Positions 12,702 to 22,379 of a DNA stretch of 64,000 bases are shown in pieces. The notes beneath the pieces were generated by a model, which made no database searches, was not told the origin of the DNA, and was given only the letters and a program-made list of their open reading frames with translations. Origin of the DNA: an uncultured Roseobacteraceae bacterium. GTDB lineage: Bacteria > Pseudomonadota > Alphaproteobacteria > Rhodobacterales > Rhodobacteraceae. Position numbers and translations under genes: made by a program. The DNA lies in the NCBI GenBank assembly GCA_964022435.1, contig CAXIAL010000009.1, positions 5,659-69,658 of the forward strand, written 5' to 3'. Position 1 is the stretch's first letter. Each line of letters begins with the position of its first letter.

Positions 12702-13657
12702 TGCGCGCCGCAGTTTTAATAGCATCCCTCGCTGCGACACCCGCGGCGGGGGATTTTTCGTTGGTGCAGCCTGTTGATTGCGTGTTGGATCAGGATTGCT
12801 ACATCCAGCAATATATGGACCATGACCCATCGGATGCCGCCCATGATTTTGCATGCGGGTCGCTGACCTACGACACGCATAAGGGCACCGACTTCGCCCT
12901 GCCAACCTTGGCAGCCCAAGCGGCGGGAGTGAATGTACTAGCCGCGGCCGCTGGCACGGTGGTCGGTGTGCGAAATGATATGGTCGATGCCCTGCAAGTC
13001 GGACCAGACGCACCTGACGTCTCGGACAGATTTTGCGGCAATGGCCTCGTGATCCGGCATACGGGCGGCTTCGAAACCCAATACTGCCACATGGCCCAAG
13101 GATCGGTCATCGTCACAGCGGGCCAATCGGTAGAAGCAGGCGACGTATTGGGGCAAATCGCCCTGTCAGGACAAACTCAGTTCCCGCACCTACACCTGTC
13201 GGTGCGCCGTTTTGGCAAGCCCATTGACCCGTTCAACGCGGACGGCGTGCAAAGCTGCCCTGACACCACGCAACCCTCACTTTGGGCCGATGACATCGCG
13301 ACACCTGCGGGCGGGATCGTCGAAATTGGCTTATCGGACAAAGTGCCCGACTTCGACGATGTCAAAGCCGGGACAGCTTCGGTTGAGATTGCGCGCGACA
13401 GCCCGGCCCTGGTTGGGTGGAGCCACGTTTTTGGCATACGTGATGGTGACCAACTGTTGTCCCGTTTCACGCGCCCTGATGGCACATCATTTGACCATAC
13501 AGATGACTTCACCCGCACGCAGGCCCGCATTTTCCGCGCCTTTGGAAAACGCACCCCGCGTGGTGGGTGGCCGCGCGGCGCCTATGTTTTAGAGGTGGTT
13601 CATCTGCGGGACGCGGTTGAGCTTGATCGCGCAACTTTGAATTTTGAAATCGACTAG
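12701..13657 (+). CDS. M23 family metallopeptidase (secreted)
   Basis: Signal peptide; HKGTD (HxxxD), YCHM and PHLHL (HxH) zinc motifs; TAATG overlap with the clpA stop. Confidence 0.85.
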   Translation: MRAAVLIASLAATPAAGDFSLVQPVDCVLDQDCYIQQYMDHDPSDAAHDFACGSLTYDTHKGTDFALPTLAAQAAGVNVLAAAAGTVVGVRNDMVDALQVGPDAPDVSDRFCGNGLVIRHTGGFETQYCHMAQGSVIVTAGQSVEAGDVLGQIALSGQTQFPHLHLSVRRFGKPIDPFNADGVQSCPDTTQPSLWADDIATPAGGIVEIGLSDKVPDFDDVKAGTASVEIARDSPALVGWSHVFGIRDGDQLLSRFTRPDGTSFDHTDDFTRTQARIFRAFGKRTPRGGWPRGAYVLEVVHLRDAVELDRATLNFEID

Positions 13658-15801
13658 CGTTCCGTCAGCTTCAGCTCGATCCGACGATTTTGTGCACGTG
13701 CGTCGCTCGTGTCCGCAGGATTAAGCGGCTGGTATTGCCCAAAGCCATTTGCGGCCAAGCGCCCCGGCGGAATGCCCAAGAAATTCACCATATACAGAAC
13801 AACCGACAAAGCACGCGCTTGCGACAATTCCCAGTTATTGGCGTATTGTCCGGTCCCCGACAGCGGGATGTTGTCGGTATGGCCATCGACGCGAATGACC
13901 CAATCAATCCCTGCGGGAATATCATCAGCAATATCGCGCAGAATGCCTGCGACATTGGCTATTTCACCACGCCCAAGGTTCGACAATTCGGCGCGCCCCG
14001 GCTCGAACAGCACCTCGGACGAAAACACGAAACGGTCGCCTTCAATACGTACACGGTCCTGACCTTCAAGCACATCGCGCAGCTGCCCAAAGAAATCGGA
14101 TTTAAACCGCTCTAGGTCCTGCGCTTCCGCCGCCAGTTTTTTAGCCTCTTCTTCCAGCCGTTTTCGTTCGGCAGTTTCCAAGGCAAGGCGCCTGCGCTCT
14201 TCGGCTGCGACACGGGCCAATGCGGTGTTCAGTTGCGTTCCCAAGGCTTGGATCTGGACTTGGGCATCAGCGTCAGTGTCATTCGCGATGTTCAAAAGCT
14301 CTTGCAATGTGCCGACCTGATTGCGCAGTTCTGCCACTTGTGCATTCAGCGCCGCCACCTGCCGTTGGCTTTCGGCTGATAGTGCCTTTTCATCTGACAG
14401 CGCTTCATTGGCTGCGGAAAGCAAAGCATCTTTGCGCTCTTGCTCTGTCATTTGTTCGGCAGCATCGGATTGCGCTGCTGCCATCGCAGCCAGTGCGGCG
14501 GCCAATTGTGCCTGCAACGCGCTCCGCTCTTGTCCTGCGCCAGCGGCCAGTGCCGACGCCTCTTCTTGTAACGTTTCATTTGCGAGCAAAGCCGAAGCCA
14601 AACGATCTTCGAGCGATTTGCGCTGCTCTTCGGTCGCGGCACCGCTAGCGGCAACCGCTTCCATTTCGGCTTGCAGGGCTTGTTTCGCCAAAAGTGCCGC
14701 GGCAAGTTGTTCTTGGATTTCGCGCTCTGTCCGGTCACCTTCCGCGAGCGCTTCTGCCAATGCCGTCCTTGCATCTTCGAGCGCATTTTCGCTTTGATTT
14801 CCCGTAGCCAATGCGGCGGCCAAACGTGCTGTCAAATCGGCTTCGTTCTGGGCTGCGACATCCAAACGCTCTTGCGCATTTTGCAATTCCGCTGCCGTTG
14901 TTTCCTGTAGCCCCAAGGCCGCCAACAACCGCGCATCCAAGTCTTGCCCTTCGGCCAATGCCTGCGTCAGTTCGTTTTGTGCGTTTTGCTGGGCCAACAG
15001 CGCAGTAGCCAGTTTAACGTCAAGATCCGCGCTCGCAGCTTCTGCTGCAGCCAAAAGGGTTAGGGTATCCTCGGCCTTTTGCCGCTGTTCTTCGAGCGAC
15101 AGGGTCATCGCAGTCAATTCCGCGTCGGCATTTTCTAACCGTTCGCGCATCGCCTGTGCAGCGGCGGCATCAACCAGTTTTTGGGCCTCTAGTTCTGAAA
15201 TTGCAGCCGCGTTTTCGTCGCGCACGCCTTCAAGATCGGCAATCATTGCCTCTAACGCTTCGCGGCGGGCTGCCGCCAAACGTGCGGCTTCTGCACCTTC
15301 ATCAATTTCATTGCGCGCTTGGGCCAAGGCAAGGTTCAATGCCTCTTGCTCTGACAGAAGTTGAGTCTGCGCAGCCTCCAGATCGGTAATCGCAGCGCGG
15401 GCCTCGGTGCGTTCTGCCAATAGCCCCGCGACCTGCGCCTCAAATCCTGTGATTTGGTTTTGTGCGGCCAATAGTGCTGCATCGCTGGCATCGCGTTGCT
15501 GGGTCAGTTGCGCAATCAGGGTCGCTTGCTCGTTGGCGGCGGCGGTCACATCAGCCAAGTTTGATGCCAAATTTGTCGTACGGTCTTGTTCCAGACCCAA
15601 TGCAGCGGCCAGCGATGAAACCTCGGCGGCCAGTTCATCAAGCCGCGACGCCTGGCCCGTGATCGTTTCACGCAGCACAAATTGGATCACCATGAAAATG
15701 GTCAAGACGAACATCAAGACCAGCAACAGACCCGTCATGGCGTCCACAAAACCCGGCCAGATGGCGTTTTGCATACGCCCTGTTCGCCGACTAAGCGCCA
15801 T
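13654..15801 (-). CDS. MotB/OmpA-family peptidoglycan-binding membrane protein with long coiled coil
   Basis: N-terminal WPGFVD followed by a TM helix; ~500 aa Ala/Leu/Glu/Gln heptad region; C-terminal OmpA domain (VDGHTD, NWELSQARA, NRRIEL). Confidence 0.85.
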   Translation of the reverse strand: MALSRRTGRMQNAIWPGFVDAMTGLLLVLMFVLTIFMVIQFVLRETITGQASRLDELAAEVSSLAAALGLEQDRTTNLASNLADVTAAANEQATLIAQLTQQRDASDAALLAAQNQITGFEAQVAGLLAERTEARAAITDLEAAQTQLLSEQEALNLALAQARNEIDEGAEAARLAAARREALEAMIADLEGVRDENAAAISELEAQKLVDAAAAQAMRERLENADAELTAMTLSLEEQRQKAEDTLTLLAAAEAASADLDVKLATALLAQQNAQNELTQALAEGQDLDARLLAALGLQETTAAELQNAQERLDVAAQNEADLTARLAAALATGNQSENALEDARTALAEALAEGDRTEREIQEQLAAALLAKQALQAEMEAVAASGAATEEQRKSLEDRLASALLANETLQEEASALAAGAGQERSALQAQLAAALAAMAAAQSDAAEQMTEQERKDALLSAANEALSDEKALSAESQRQVAALNAQVAELRNQVGTLQELLNIANDTDADAQVQIQALGTQLNTALARVAAEERRRLALETAERKRLEEEAKKLAAEAQDLERFKSDFFGQLRDVLEGQDRVRIEGDRFVFSSEVLFEPGRAELSNLGRGEIANVAGILRDIADDIPAGIDWVIRVDGHTDNIPLSGTGQYANNWELSQARALSVVLYMVNFLGIPPGRLAANGFGQYQPLNPADTSDARAQNRRIELKLTER

Positions 15802-15803
15802 GA

Positions 15804-16943
15804 TTAGCCCCCGTCTTTGCCCGGGCGACCACGACCAGAGCGCACAGCCCGTGTCAGAGCGGCGATATCTGCGCGCAGATCAGCCACGGTTTCTTGGCGA
15901 CCTGCGGACATTTCTTCCAGAATGCGCAGCATCTGCACGTCAATCGACCGCAACCGCATCCGGCTTTCGGCGTCAATGCCGTCAACACCACTATCGCGTA
16001 GCTTTTCGATCAACCGTTCTTGGCCTTCTGCGACGCGGGCCAACAATTCATCCGTCGATCCATTCGACCCGCCGCCCGATCCTGTCATCGCTTGGGTCAA
16101 GGCCGTCAGGTGACGGTCAAGGCTGGCTTGCTGGGCTTCCATTTGTTGGGCCATGTGGTCCATAAATTCCACCATAACACCCGTTTCGCCGCCGCCATCT
16201 TCGCCGGTAGAAAACCCGAGGCGGGTGATCGTGGACAGCCATTCTTCAAGCTCACGGTAGAACCGGTTTTGCCCGTGGGACGCAAAAAGTTCGAGCAAGC
16301 CCACAACCAGTGACCCCGCAAGCCCCAGCAAGGACGACGAAAACGCCGTGCCCATGCCACCCAGCTGGCTTTCAAGACCTGCTTGCAACCGCCCAAAAAT
16401 ATCCGCGCCGTTTTCACCGCCAGAGGGATTAAGCGAGCGGATCGTTTCAACAAGTGCAGGAACAGTCGTGGCCAGCCCGTAAAACGTGCCCAAAAGCCCC
16501 AGAAAAATTAGGGTGTTGCCGATGTAACGTGTGATTTCACGGTCTTCGTCGATCCGCTGCGCTACGGAATCCAAGATCGAACGCCCCGACGATGACGACA
16601 ATTGCATTCGCGCCCCGCGTGACCGCAAAAGCGTGGCCAATGGCGCCAGCAATCCGGGCGCGACGTCGGCCTCTGATCCGGTTTTATGCTTGGTGAATCC
16701 TTCGATCCAGCCAACAGACCGCATGAGCTGATAGACCTGCCCGAAGCACGACAAGACGCCCGAGACAAAGACGAATAAAATCGCTCCGTTCAGATAGGGG
16801 TTCGACCAAAAGATCGCGTTCAGTTGTTCAAATCCGAGGTATATGCCAGCACCGACCAGCCCAAGCACGATCAACATCGAAATGATCTGTCGCACGGGTT
16901 GTGTAAACTGCGGCTCGGCCTCGGGTTCCCTTGTTTCAGTCAC
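15804..16943 (-). CDS. MotA/TolQ/ExbB-like membrane protein
   Basis: About four hydrophobic segments; FLGLLGTFYGL and GMGTAFSSSLLG motifs; 2 nt upstream of the MotB-like gene. Confidence 0.8.
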   Translation of the reverse strand: MTETREPEAEPQFTQPVRQIISMLIVLGLVGAGIYLGFEQLNAIFWSNPYLNGAILFVFVSGVLSCFGQVYQLMRSVGWIEGFTKHKTGSEADVAPGLLAPLATLLRSRGARMQLSSSSGRSILDSVAQRIDEDREITRYIGNTLIFLGLLGTFYGLATTVPALVETIRSLNPSGGENGADIFGRLQAGLESQLGGMGTAFSSSLLGLAGSLVVGLLELFASHGQNRFYRELEEWLSTITRLGFSTGEDGGGETGVMVEFMDHMAQQMEAQQASLDRHLTALTQAMTGSGGGSNGSTDELLARVAEGQERLIEKLRDSGVDGIDAESRMRLRSIDVQMLRILEEMSAGRQETVADLRADIAALTRAVRSGRGRPGKDGG

Positions 16944-16968
16944 GACAAAGGGGTCCTTGTGATTGTTG

Positions 16969-16983
16969 TTAAGCGTAGCTTAC
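16969..16983 (-). promoter_or_regulatory. CtrA-like site upstream of the motA-like gene
   Basis: Minus strand GTAA-GCTACGC-TTAAC (one mismatch to TTAA-N7-TTAAC), ~26 bp before the GTG start. Confidence 0.45.
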
Positions 16984-17027
16984 TGAATATGCGCGCAATA
17001 CCCAAATAAAATCGGCCCACAGCTCCG

Positions 17028-17555
17028 TTACCCCGCCGCAATCGCCTGTACGCGAGTCACAAGCCACGCCATATCATCATCGCGAATATCCATTTTGGTC
17101 AGATGGGCGGCGGTATTATACAGGTATTCCGTATTCGGGCCGCGGCCACCAACGGCCCGCGCAATCATCTGGGCTTGGGTTTCCAGATCGTAATTGCAGT
17201 ATTGCACGTGGTCGGGGTCTATCACATATGCCAGCGCGGTGATCGGCCCATCCTCCGCGTGTAATGTCACCTGTTCTTCGACATATGCTGATGAAATCAG
17301 CTCGCGCGCGCGCAAGGCGGCAAGAACTTCGGTTTCCTCTTCGGGTTTCACCTGAAAGGCCACGCCCGTGCATTGCGCACCCACTTGCGCATCTAACGCC
17401 AGAACCAACCCAGGGTCGTCATCTGTCCCACGATGGTGGATCGACAGCATGCAAAAACTGCGCGCGTAGTCATGCAGCACGGCGGTTTTCACCTGTGCCG
17501 GTTCAAACCCCGGATTCCACAACAGCGATCCATACCCGAATACCCATAAACCCAT
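17028..17555 (-). CDS. ChaC-family gamma-glutamylcyclotransferase
   Basis: WVFGYGSLLWNPGF, HRGT..DPGLVLALD, GPNTEYL. Confidence 0.9.
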   Translation of the reverse strand: MGLWVFGYGSLLWNPGFEPAQVKTAVLHDYARSFCMLSIHHRGTDDDPGLVLALDAQVGAQCTGVAFQVKPEEETEVLAALRARELISSAYVEEQVTLHAEDGPITALAYVIDPDHVQYCNYDLETQAQMIARAVGGRGPNTEYLYNTAAHLTKMDIRDDDMAWLVTRVQAIAAG

Positions 17556-17619
17556 GATACTGGTCCTTTTCTTCTGCCCCCTATAAACACTGCGCAACAG
17601 ATGACGCCAAGGGGAAACC

Positions 17620-18588
17620 ATGCGCAGACTGACATTCATCGTGATCGCCTTGGCGGTATTATATAGCGGCTATTGGTTTGTCGGCGCGACCGCGACTGAA
17701 AAGGCGGCGACGACGCGGTTGGCTGACTTAAATGCGGCGGGCTGGAACATTAGCTATGACGATCTATCCACCGCCGGTTACCCATCTCGGTTCGATACAA
17801 CGCTTACGAATTTGCAGGCGACCAGCGGCGATGGTCGGGTCGCGTGGGCGATCCCCATGATCCAAGCCTTGTCGTTATCCTATCAACCTAACCAAGTGAT
17901 CTTGGCCCTTGCCGATAGCCAGCAGATCACGCTGAACGAGACTCTTATGGATGTTGCGTCCGACGGTCTTCGTGCGAGTGTTACCGTGGCCCCATCAACC
18001 AACTTGAACCCCACGGATGTCACATTTGAGACCGGCCCATTGGACGTAACCGTTGACGACGATCCGCTGTTAACCATGACCAAAGGCATTGCAGCCATGC
18101 GTCTGGCAGGCCCCGCGCCGCATCATTATGACACTTATTTGGATTTGGACGGGCTGGCCTTACCCCCTGCGTTACGCCGATTAATCGATCCCAATGGCAC
18201 ATTGCCCGCGACCTTTGATCAAGTCACGATTGACGGCGCTGTGACCCTTGATGGTGATCTTTCCGCGTCCCCACGCCCGACGGCGTTGTCACTGAACGGG
18301 ATGACGATCACGCTTGGTGTGCTGCAACTTCGCGGCAAGGGCGCGCTCACGGTGGACAGTTCTGGCATTCCATCCGGCAAAATCGACTTAACCGCACAAA
18401 ACTGGCGACAGATGTTGGATTTGGCGGCAGGCGCGGGCCTTGTTGACTTGGGCATCGCCAATACCATCAAAAACATGGGTGGCCTGCTGGGCGGTGGCGG
18501 CACGGATATTTCCATTCCGCTGACCTTCCAAAACGGAATGATGTCTGCCGGTCCGCTGCCCTTAGGCCAAGCGCCACGGTTGTTTTAA
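17620..18588 (+). CDS. DUF2125-like periplasmic protein
   Basis: N-terminal anchor with YSGYWF; GYPSRFD motif; C-terminal GPLPLG. Confidence 0.7.
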   Translation: MRRLTFIVIALAVLYSGYWFVGATATEKAATTRLADLNAAGWNISYDDLSTAGYPSRFDTTLTNLQATSGDGRVAWAIPMIQALSLSYQPNQVILALADSQQITLNETLMDVASDGLRASVTVAPSTNLNPTDVTFETGPLDVTVDDDPLLTMTKGIAAMRLAGPAPHHYDTYLDLDGLALPPALRRLIDPNGTLPATFDQVTIDGAVTLDGDLSASPRPTALSLNGMTITLGVLQLRGKGALTVDSSGIPSGKIDLTAQNWRQMLDLAAGAGLVDLGIANTIKNMGGLLGGGGTDISIPLTFQNGMMSAGPLPLGQAPRLF

Positions 18589-19577
18589 CCCTGACCGAAT
18601 AAACCTGTCATGGACCGGCGCACCAGCGACGTGACCGATGGCCGTTTGACGGCGTGAAATGGCAGTGGGCGGCAAACTTCGATTGCGGCCACGCCGACCC
18701 GTGCGGTCAAGGCGCCGTTGACCACGCCCTCGCCGAACCTGCGCGACACTTTGGACAGCACACCGCCGCCCGCGATGGATCCGATCAGGTCGTCACCCAC
18801 GGCCACCGCGCCCGTTGCCACAAGATGGGTCAGAACCGTGCGGGTCAACCGCCAGCTGCCGAATGTGCCAGACCGCCCCCCGTAAATTTCCGCGATCCGC
18901 CGGATCATACGCAGGTTTGCGGTCAACGCCGTGAACACATCGGCCAAGGCGAGAGGCACGATGGCTGTGACCGTGGCGACTTGACGCGCTGCGGCTTCAA
19001 CCTCGCGCATCGCAGCCGCGTCGAGCGGTGCGAGCACCGTGTTTTCAGCTAAGCCAAGCAGGCCATCGGCGTCCAATACGTCGCCCGCCTGTTCGGCCAG
19101 CCGTTCACGGCCCCATGCGGTATCGTCGCGTGATTTATACAAACGGTTCAGCTGGGTGATGACCCCGCGTGCGGCGGGTAAGTCGTTGTGTGTCAACGCA
19201 TTTGTCGCATCCTGATGGACCCTGTCCAGTCGGCGCAGGCGCGAAAACGCCGCGAGCTCGCGCAGTGCCATGATCGCTAAAACGATGCAAAACAGGCCTA
19301 ACAAGCCAAGCGCAATAAGTCCCAAGATCGGCGACCGCGCCAGCAATCCAGTGATGTAGTCATAAGCCGCAAGCGACACCACGAAGCCCAAGAGCGTAAC
19401 GAGCAGCGACCAAAACCACCGCGCCAACCGCGACGGTTTGCGCGCCGCGATCATGGCCACGGTTTGCATCGATGTCGCGGGGCCAACCGCGTCGGGCACG
19501 GCGGGGGCGGCATCGGGTGAAGCGGCGTCTTGGCTATCGAGATCGATCAGAATTGGTCCGCGTGGTCCGTCGGTCAT
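18585..19577 (-). CDS. ycjF: YcjF family membrane protein (TIGR01620-like)
   Basis: Two TM segments; TAIVPLALAD, FGEGVVNGALTARVG, CRPLPF. Confidence 0.88.
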   Translation of the reverse strand: MTDGPRGPILIDLDSQDAASPDAAPAVPDAVGPATSMQTVAMIAARKPSRLARWFWSLLVTLLGFVVSLAAYDYITGLLARSPILGLIALGLLGLFCIVLAIMALRELAAFSRLRRLDRVHQDATNALTHNDLPAARGVITQLNRLYKSRDDTAWGRERLAEQAGDVLDADGLLGLAENTVLAPLDAAAMREVEAAARQVATVTAIVPLALADVFTALTANLRMIRRIAEIYGGRSGTFGSWRLTRTVLTHLVATGAVAVGDDLIGSIAGGGVLSKVSRRFGEGVVNGALTARVGVAAIEVCRPLPFHAVKRPSVTSLVRRSMTGLFGQG

Positions 19578-20986
19578 AGCTTATCTCCGATCAGGAATTG
19601 CGTGGCCTTATCCAACCGAATATGCGGCGGCCCGTCCCCTGGTTTCAGGTCGAGCGGCGCGGGGGCGAACCGCATGACAACGTATCCATCGCCGTCCCAA
19701 TCCGTGGCCCCAGCCCGCGCGGGGCCGAGCAAATGCGCCGGATCAGTTGGTAGTTTTCCGGGGTAGAATGCGGCTTGCTTCCCGCTATCAAGCAGACGCC
19801 CGCGCACGACGTTCAACGGCCCGTCGCGGTGATCCACAGTTTCCTCTACCGTGGTGCGCAAGGCGGCGATGGACATCGCGCCCGTCGTGGCCCCCGCGAA
19901 ATCGGCGCGGTCCTTGGCATCGCGAACAAGCGCCTCGGTAATCGCGGTCAATTGCGCATGTTGCGTGTGGTGTAAATGGTCGGCCTTGGTCGCGGCGAAA
20001 AGGATTTTTTCGACCCTGCGCCCTTGGAAAATGCGCGTCAGGAAGGCGTTGCGACCGGGCCGGAACGCACCCAGAATGTCAGCCATCGCATTGCGCAAAT
20101 CATTGACCGCAGGTGGCCCCGCATGGATCGCGCCCAGCACATCGACAAGCACGACTTGGCGGTCGATCTTGGCGAAATGATCGCGGAAGAATGGTTTCAC
20201 GACATTGCGTTTGTAGCTTTCAAACCGCCGCGCAAATTCGCGCCCCAATGTACCACGCTTGCCTGACGCCCCCTTTAGCGGGGCGAACGTCAGAACCGGC
20301 GATCCGGCCATGTCACCGGACAAAAGGAACCGGCCCGGGCTACAATCGGAAAACCCAGCCTCGCGGGATGCTTGCAGATGCGAGGTGAAGACGGCGGAAA
20401 AGGCTTTGGCTGCAGGCTCGTCCAGTTTCATGTCTGGGTCGATGTCCGACAGCGCGTTCAGGAATGCGTCCCCTTCTGGCCGCCCGTCCGCACGCGCAAT
20501 CGCAGCGGCAGACCAATCCTCATAGCTTTGATCCAGCAGCCCGAGATCAAGCAGCCATTCACCCGGATAATCCACAATATCAATGTGGATCGTGCGCGGG
20601 CCAGACAGGCCAGACAGCAGCCCCGTTGGCTGCACCTTCAATGACAATCGCAGTTCGCTGATTTGGCGAGTACCGTCAGGCCAGCTTGGGTCTTGCGCCG
20701 TAATCTGGCCCAGATAAGTTTCATAGTCGAAACGTGGCAGCGTATCATCGGGCTGCGGTTGTAAATACGCGGTCTGAATGCTGCCATTGGCCGCGGACAC
20801 CAGTTGTGGCATCCGCCCGCGGTTTGTCAGATTGGCCACAAGCGACGTGATAAACACGGTTTTGCCAGCGCGGCTAAGTCCCGTGACACCCAAACGGATC
20901 ACCGGATCGGCAAACGGCGCAGCGACGGTATCGGCCACGGCATCGACGCCACGCAGGATTTGATCGGCAATTGCGGCAATAACCAC
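19574..20986 (-). CDS. ycjX: YcjX family P-loop ATPase/GTPase
   Basis: GVTGLSRAGKTVFITSL, DYPGEWLLDL, ATKADH, HIRLD. Confidence 0.9.
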   Translation of the reverse strand: MVIAAIADQILRGVDAVADTVAAPFADPVIRLGVTGLSRAGKTVFITSLVANLTNRGRMPQLVSAANGSIQTAYLQPQPDDTLPRFDYETYLGQITAQDPSWPDGTRQISELRLSLKVQPTGLLSGLSGPRTIHIDIVDYPGEWLLDLGLLDQSYEDWSAAAIARADGRPEGDAFLNALSDIDPDMKLDEPAAKAFSAVFTSHLQASREAGFSDCSPGRFLLSGDMAGSPVLTFAPLKGASGKRGTLGREFARRFESYKRNVVKPFFRDHFAKIDRQVVLVDVLGAIHAGPPAVNDLRNAMADILGAFRPGRNAFLTRIFQGRRVEKILFAATKADHLHHTQHAQLTAITEALVRDAKDRADFAGATTGAMSIAALRTTVEETVDHRDGPLNVVRGRLLDSGKQAAFYPGKLPTDPAHLLGPARAGATDWDGDGYVVMRFAPAPLDLKPGDGPPHIRLDKATQFLIGDKL

Positions 20987-21087
20987 GTGGCATTCCTTTG
21001 GTTCAATCGGTTTTGTTTAAGATAAGGACGCGCGACCACCTTGTGTAGGGATTGATTTCGAAACTTTCCCCGCATAAGCCCGTGGTC

Positions 21088-21858
21088 ATGCCACGTTACG
21101 CCCTTTCAGTCGAATATAACGGTGCGCCATTTTCGGGATGGCAGCGCCAGAATGATCAGCCTTCGGTGCAGGGCGCGATCGAGGATGCATTGGCCAAACT
21201 CGAACCCGGCCCCCACACGATTGGCGCGGCGGGGCGCACGGATGCGGGCGTGCATGCGACGGCGCAGGTGGCCCATTGCGATTTGACCCGCGATTGGACC
21301 CCGTTCCGGCTGTCAGAGGCGTTGAATTTCCATCTGAAACCCCTGCCCGTGTCGATCACCCGTTGTGCGTTGGTCGATGCTGAATGGCATGCGCGGTTTG
21401 GCGCGTTGGAACGCCGCTATATTTACAGGATCGTCAGCCGCCGCGCGCCCCTGACGTTTAAACGGGGACAGTTGTGGCGGGTGAACTATCCGCTCGATTT
21501 GGGCGCGATGCAGGCAGGTGCGGCCCATCTGATCGGCTTGCATGATTTCACGACTTTCCGGTCGACCATGTGTCAGGCGCAAAGCCCTGTGAAGACGCTG
21601 GATGAGTTACGTATCGAACAGATTGACCAGCCCAATGGCACCGAATTTCGGTTCCAGGTGCGGGCCAAATCGTTCTTGCATAACCAAGTGCGCAGCTTTG
21701 TCGGCACCTTGGAACGCGTCGGGTCCGGCGCGTGGCAACCCGAAGATGTGAAAACCGCGTTAGAGGCTTGCGACCGTGCCGCCTGTGGCCCTGTAAGCCC
21801 ATCGGACGGCTTGTATTTGGCTGGCGTGAAATACCCAGAAGACCCGTTCGCGGCTTAA
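21088..21858 (+). CDS. truA: tRNA pseudouridine(38-40) synthase
   Basis: [29 protein letters not shown]. Confidence 0.95.
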   Translation: MPRYALSVEYNGAPFSGWQRQNDQPSVQGAIEDALAKLEPGPHTIGAAGRTDAGVHATAQVAHCDLTRDWTPFRLSEALNFHLKPLPVSITRCALVDAEWHARFGALERRYIYRIVSRRAPLTFKRGQLWRVNYPLDLGAMQAGAAHLIGLHDFTTFRSTMCQAQSPVKTLDELRIEQIDQPNGTEFRFQVRAKSFLHNQVRSFVGTLERVGSGAWQPEDVKTALEACDRAACGPVSPSDGLYLAGVKYPEDPFAA

Positions 21859-22379
21859 TCGTTATCGGTCAGTCCAGCCCCTGCCCCCGCAAGTCGAGAG
21901 GCTTCTGTCGCGGGCACATAGGTTTTTGCGGCCAAAGTGTTCAACTGGTCCCAGAGCAGGTCGGAAACCGTGACAGAGGTCGCGACGGGCATTCTGAGAT
22001 CCCCATATTTCTGTTTTAAAATCAAAGCGTTACTTTCGTTTCGATGATCGACATTAGCGCCCCTTGACGCACACATGGCCAAGACAAGGCGCGGCGCGTC
22101 GATGTCTTCTAACGTAACCTCTGCGGTCCCAGCCAAGACCGCATCAACCGCAATCGGCCCCGCCATCGCGGCGCGTGCGTTGCGAAACACCAACCCGTCC
22201 ATATCGACGGGCAGATGCGGCCCGTTTAAGGCCCCGATGACGCAGTCCAATCGCACCGGATCGGTTGCCGCTAAATAGGCGGCAGCGGCCCCGAGGTCTT
22301 CACAATGGCCCAAGGGAACACCTGCCCCACGCGCGGCTTTCACTACCATCCCGCTAATTTCGTTCAAGGATCGCTTCAT
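21855..22379 (-). CDS. Hypothetical protein, DUF3726-like
   Basis: 174 aa; SLNEI...[14 protein letters not shown]-terminus and C-terminal [20 protein letters not shown] recalled as DUF3726; ATGA overlap with the upstream gene. Confidence 0.6.
   Translation of the reverse strand: MKRSLNEISGMVVKAARGAGVPLGHCEDLGAAAAYLAATDPVRLDCVIGALNGPHLPVDMDGLVFRNARAAMAGPIAVDAVLAGTAEVTLEDIDAPRLVLAMCASRGANVDHRNESNALILKQKYGDLRMPVATSVTVSDLLWDQLNTLAAKTYVPATEASRLAGAGAGLTDND

Noticed and set aside
13654-16943. Zorya anti-phage system (zorAB)
   Set aside because: No zorC/D/E-like helicase or nuclease nearby; the long coil is on the B subunit rather than being a cytoplasmic ZorA tail; context is housekeeping
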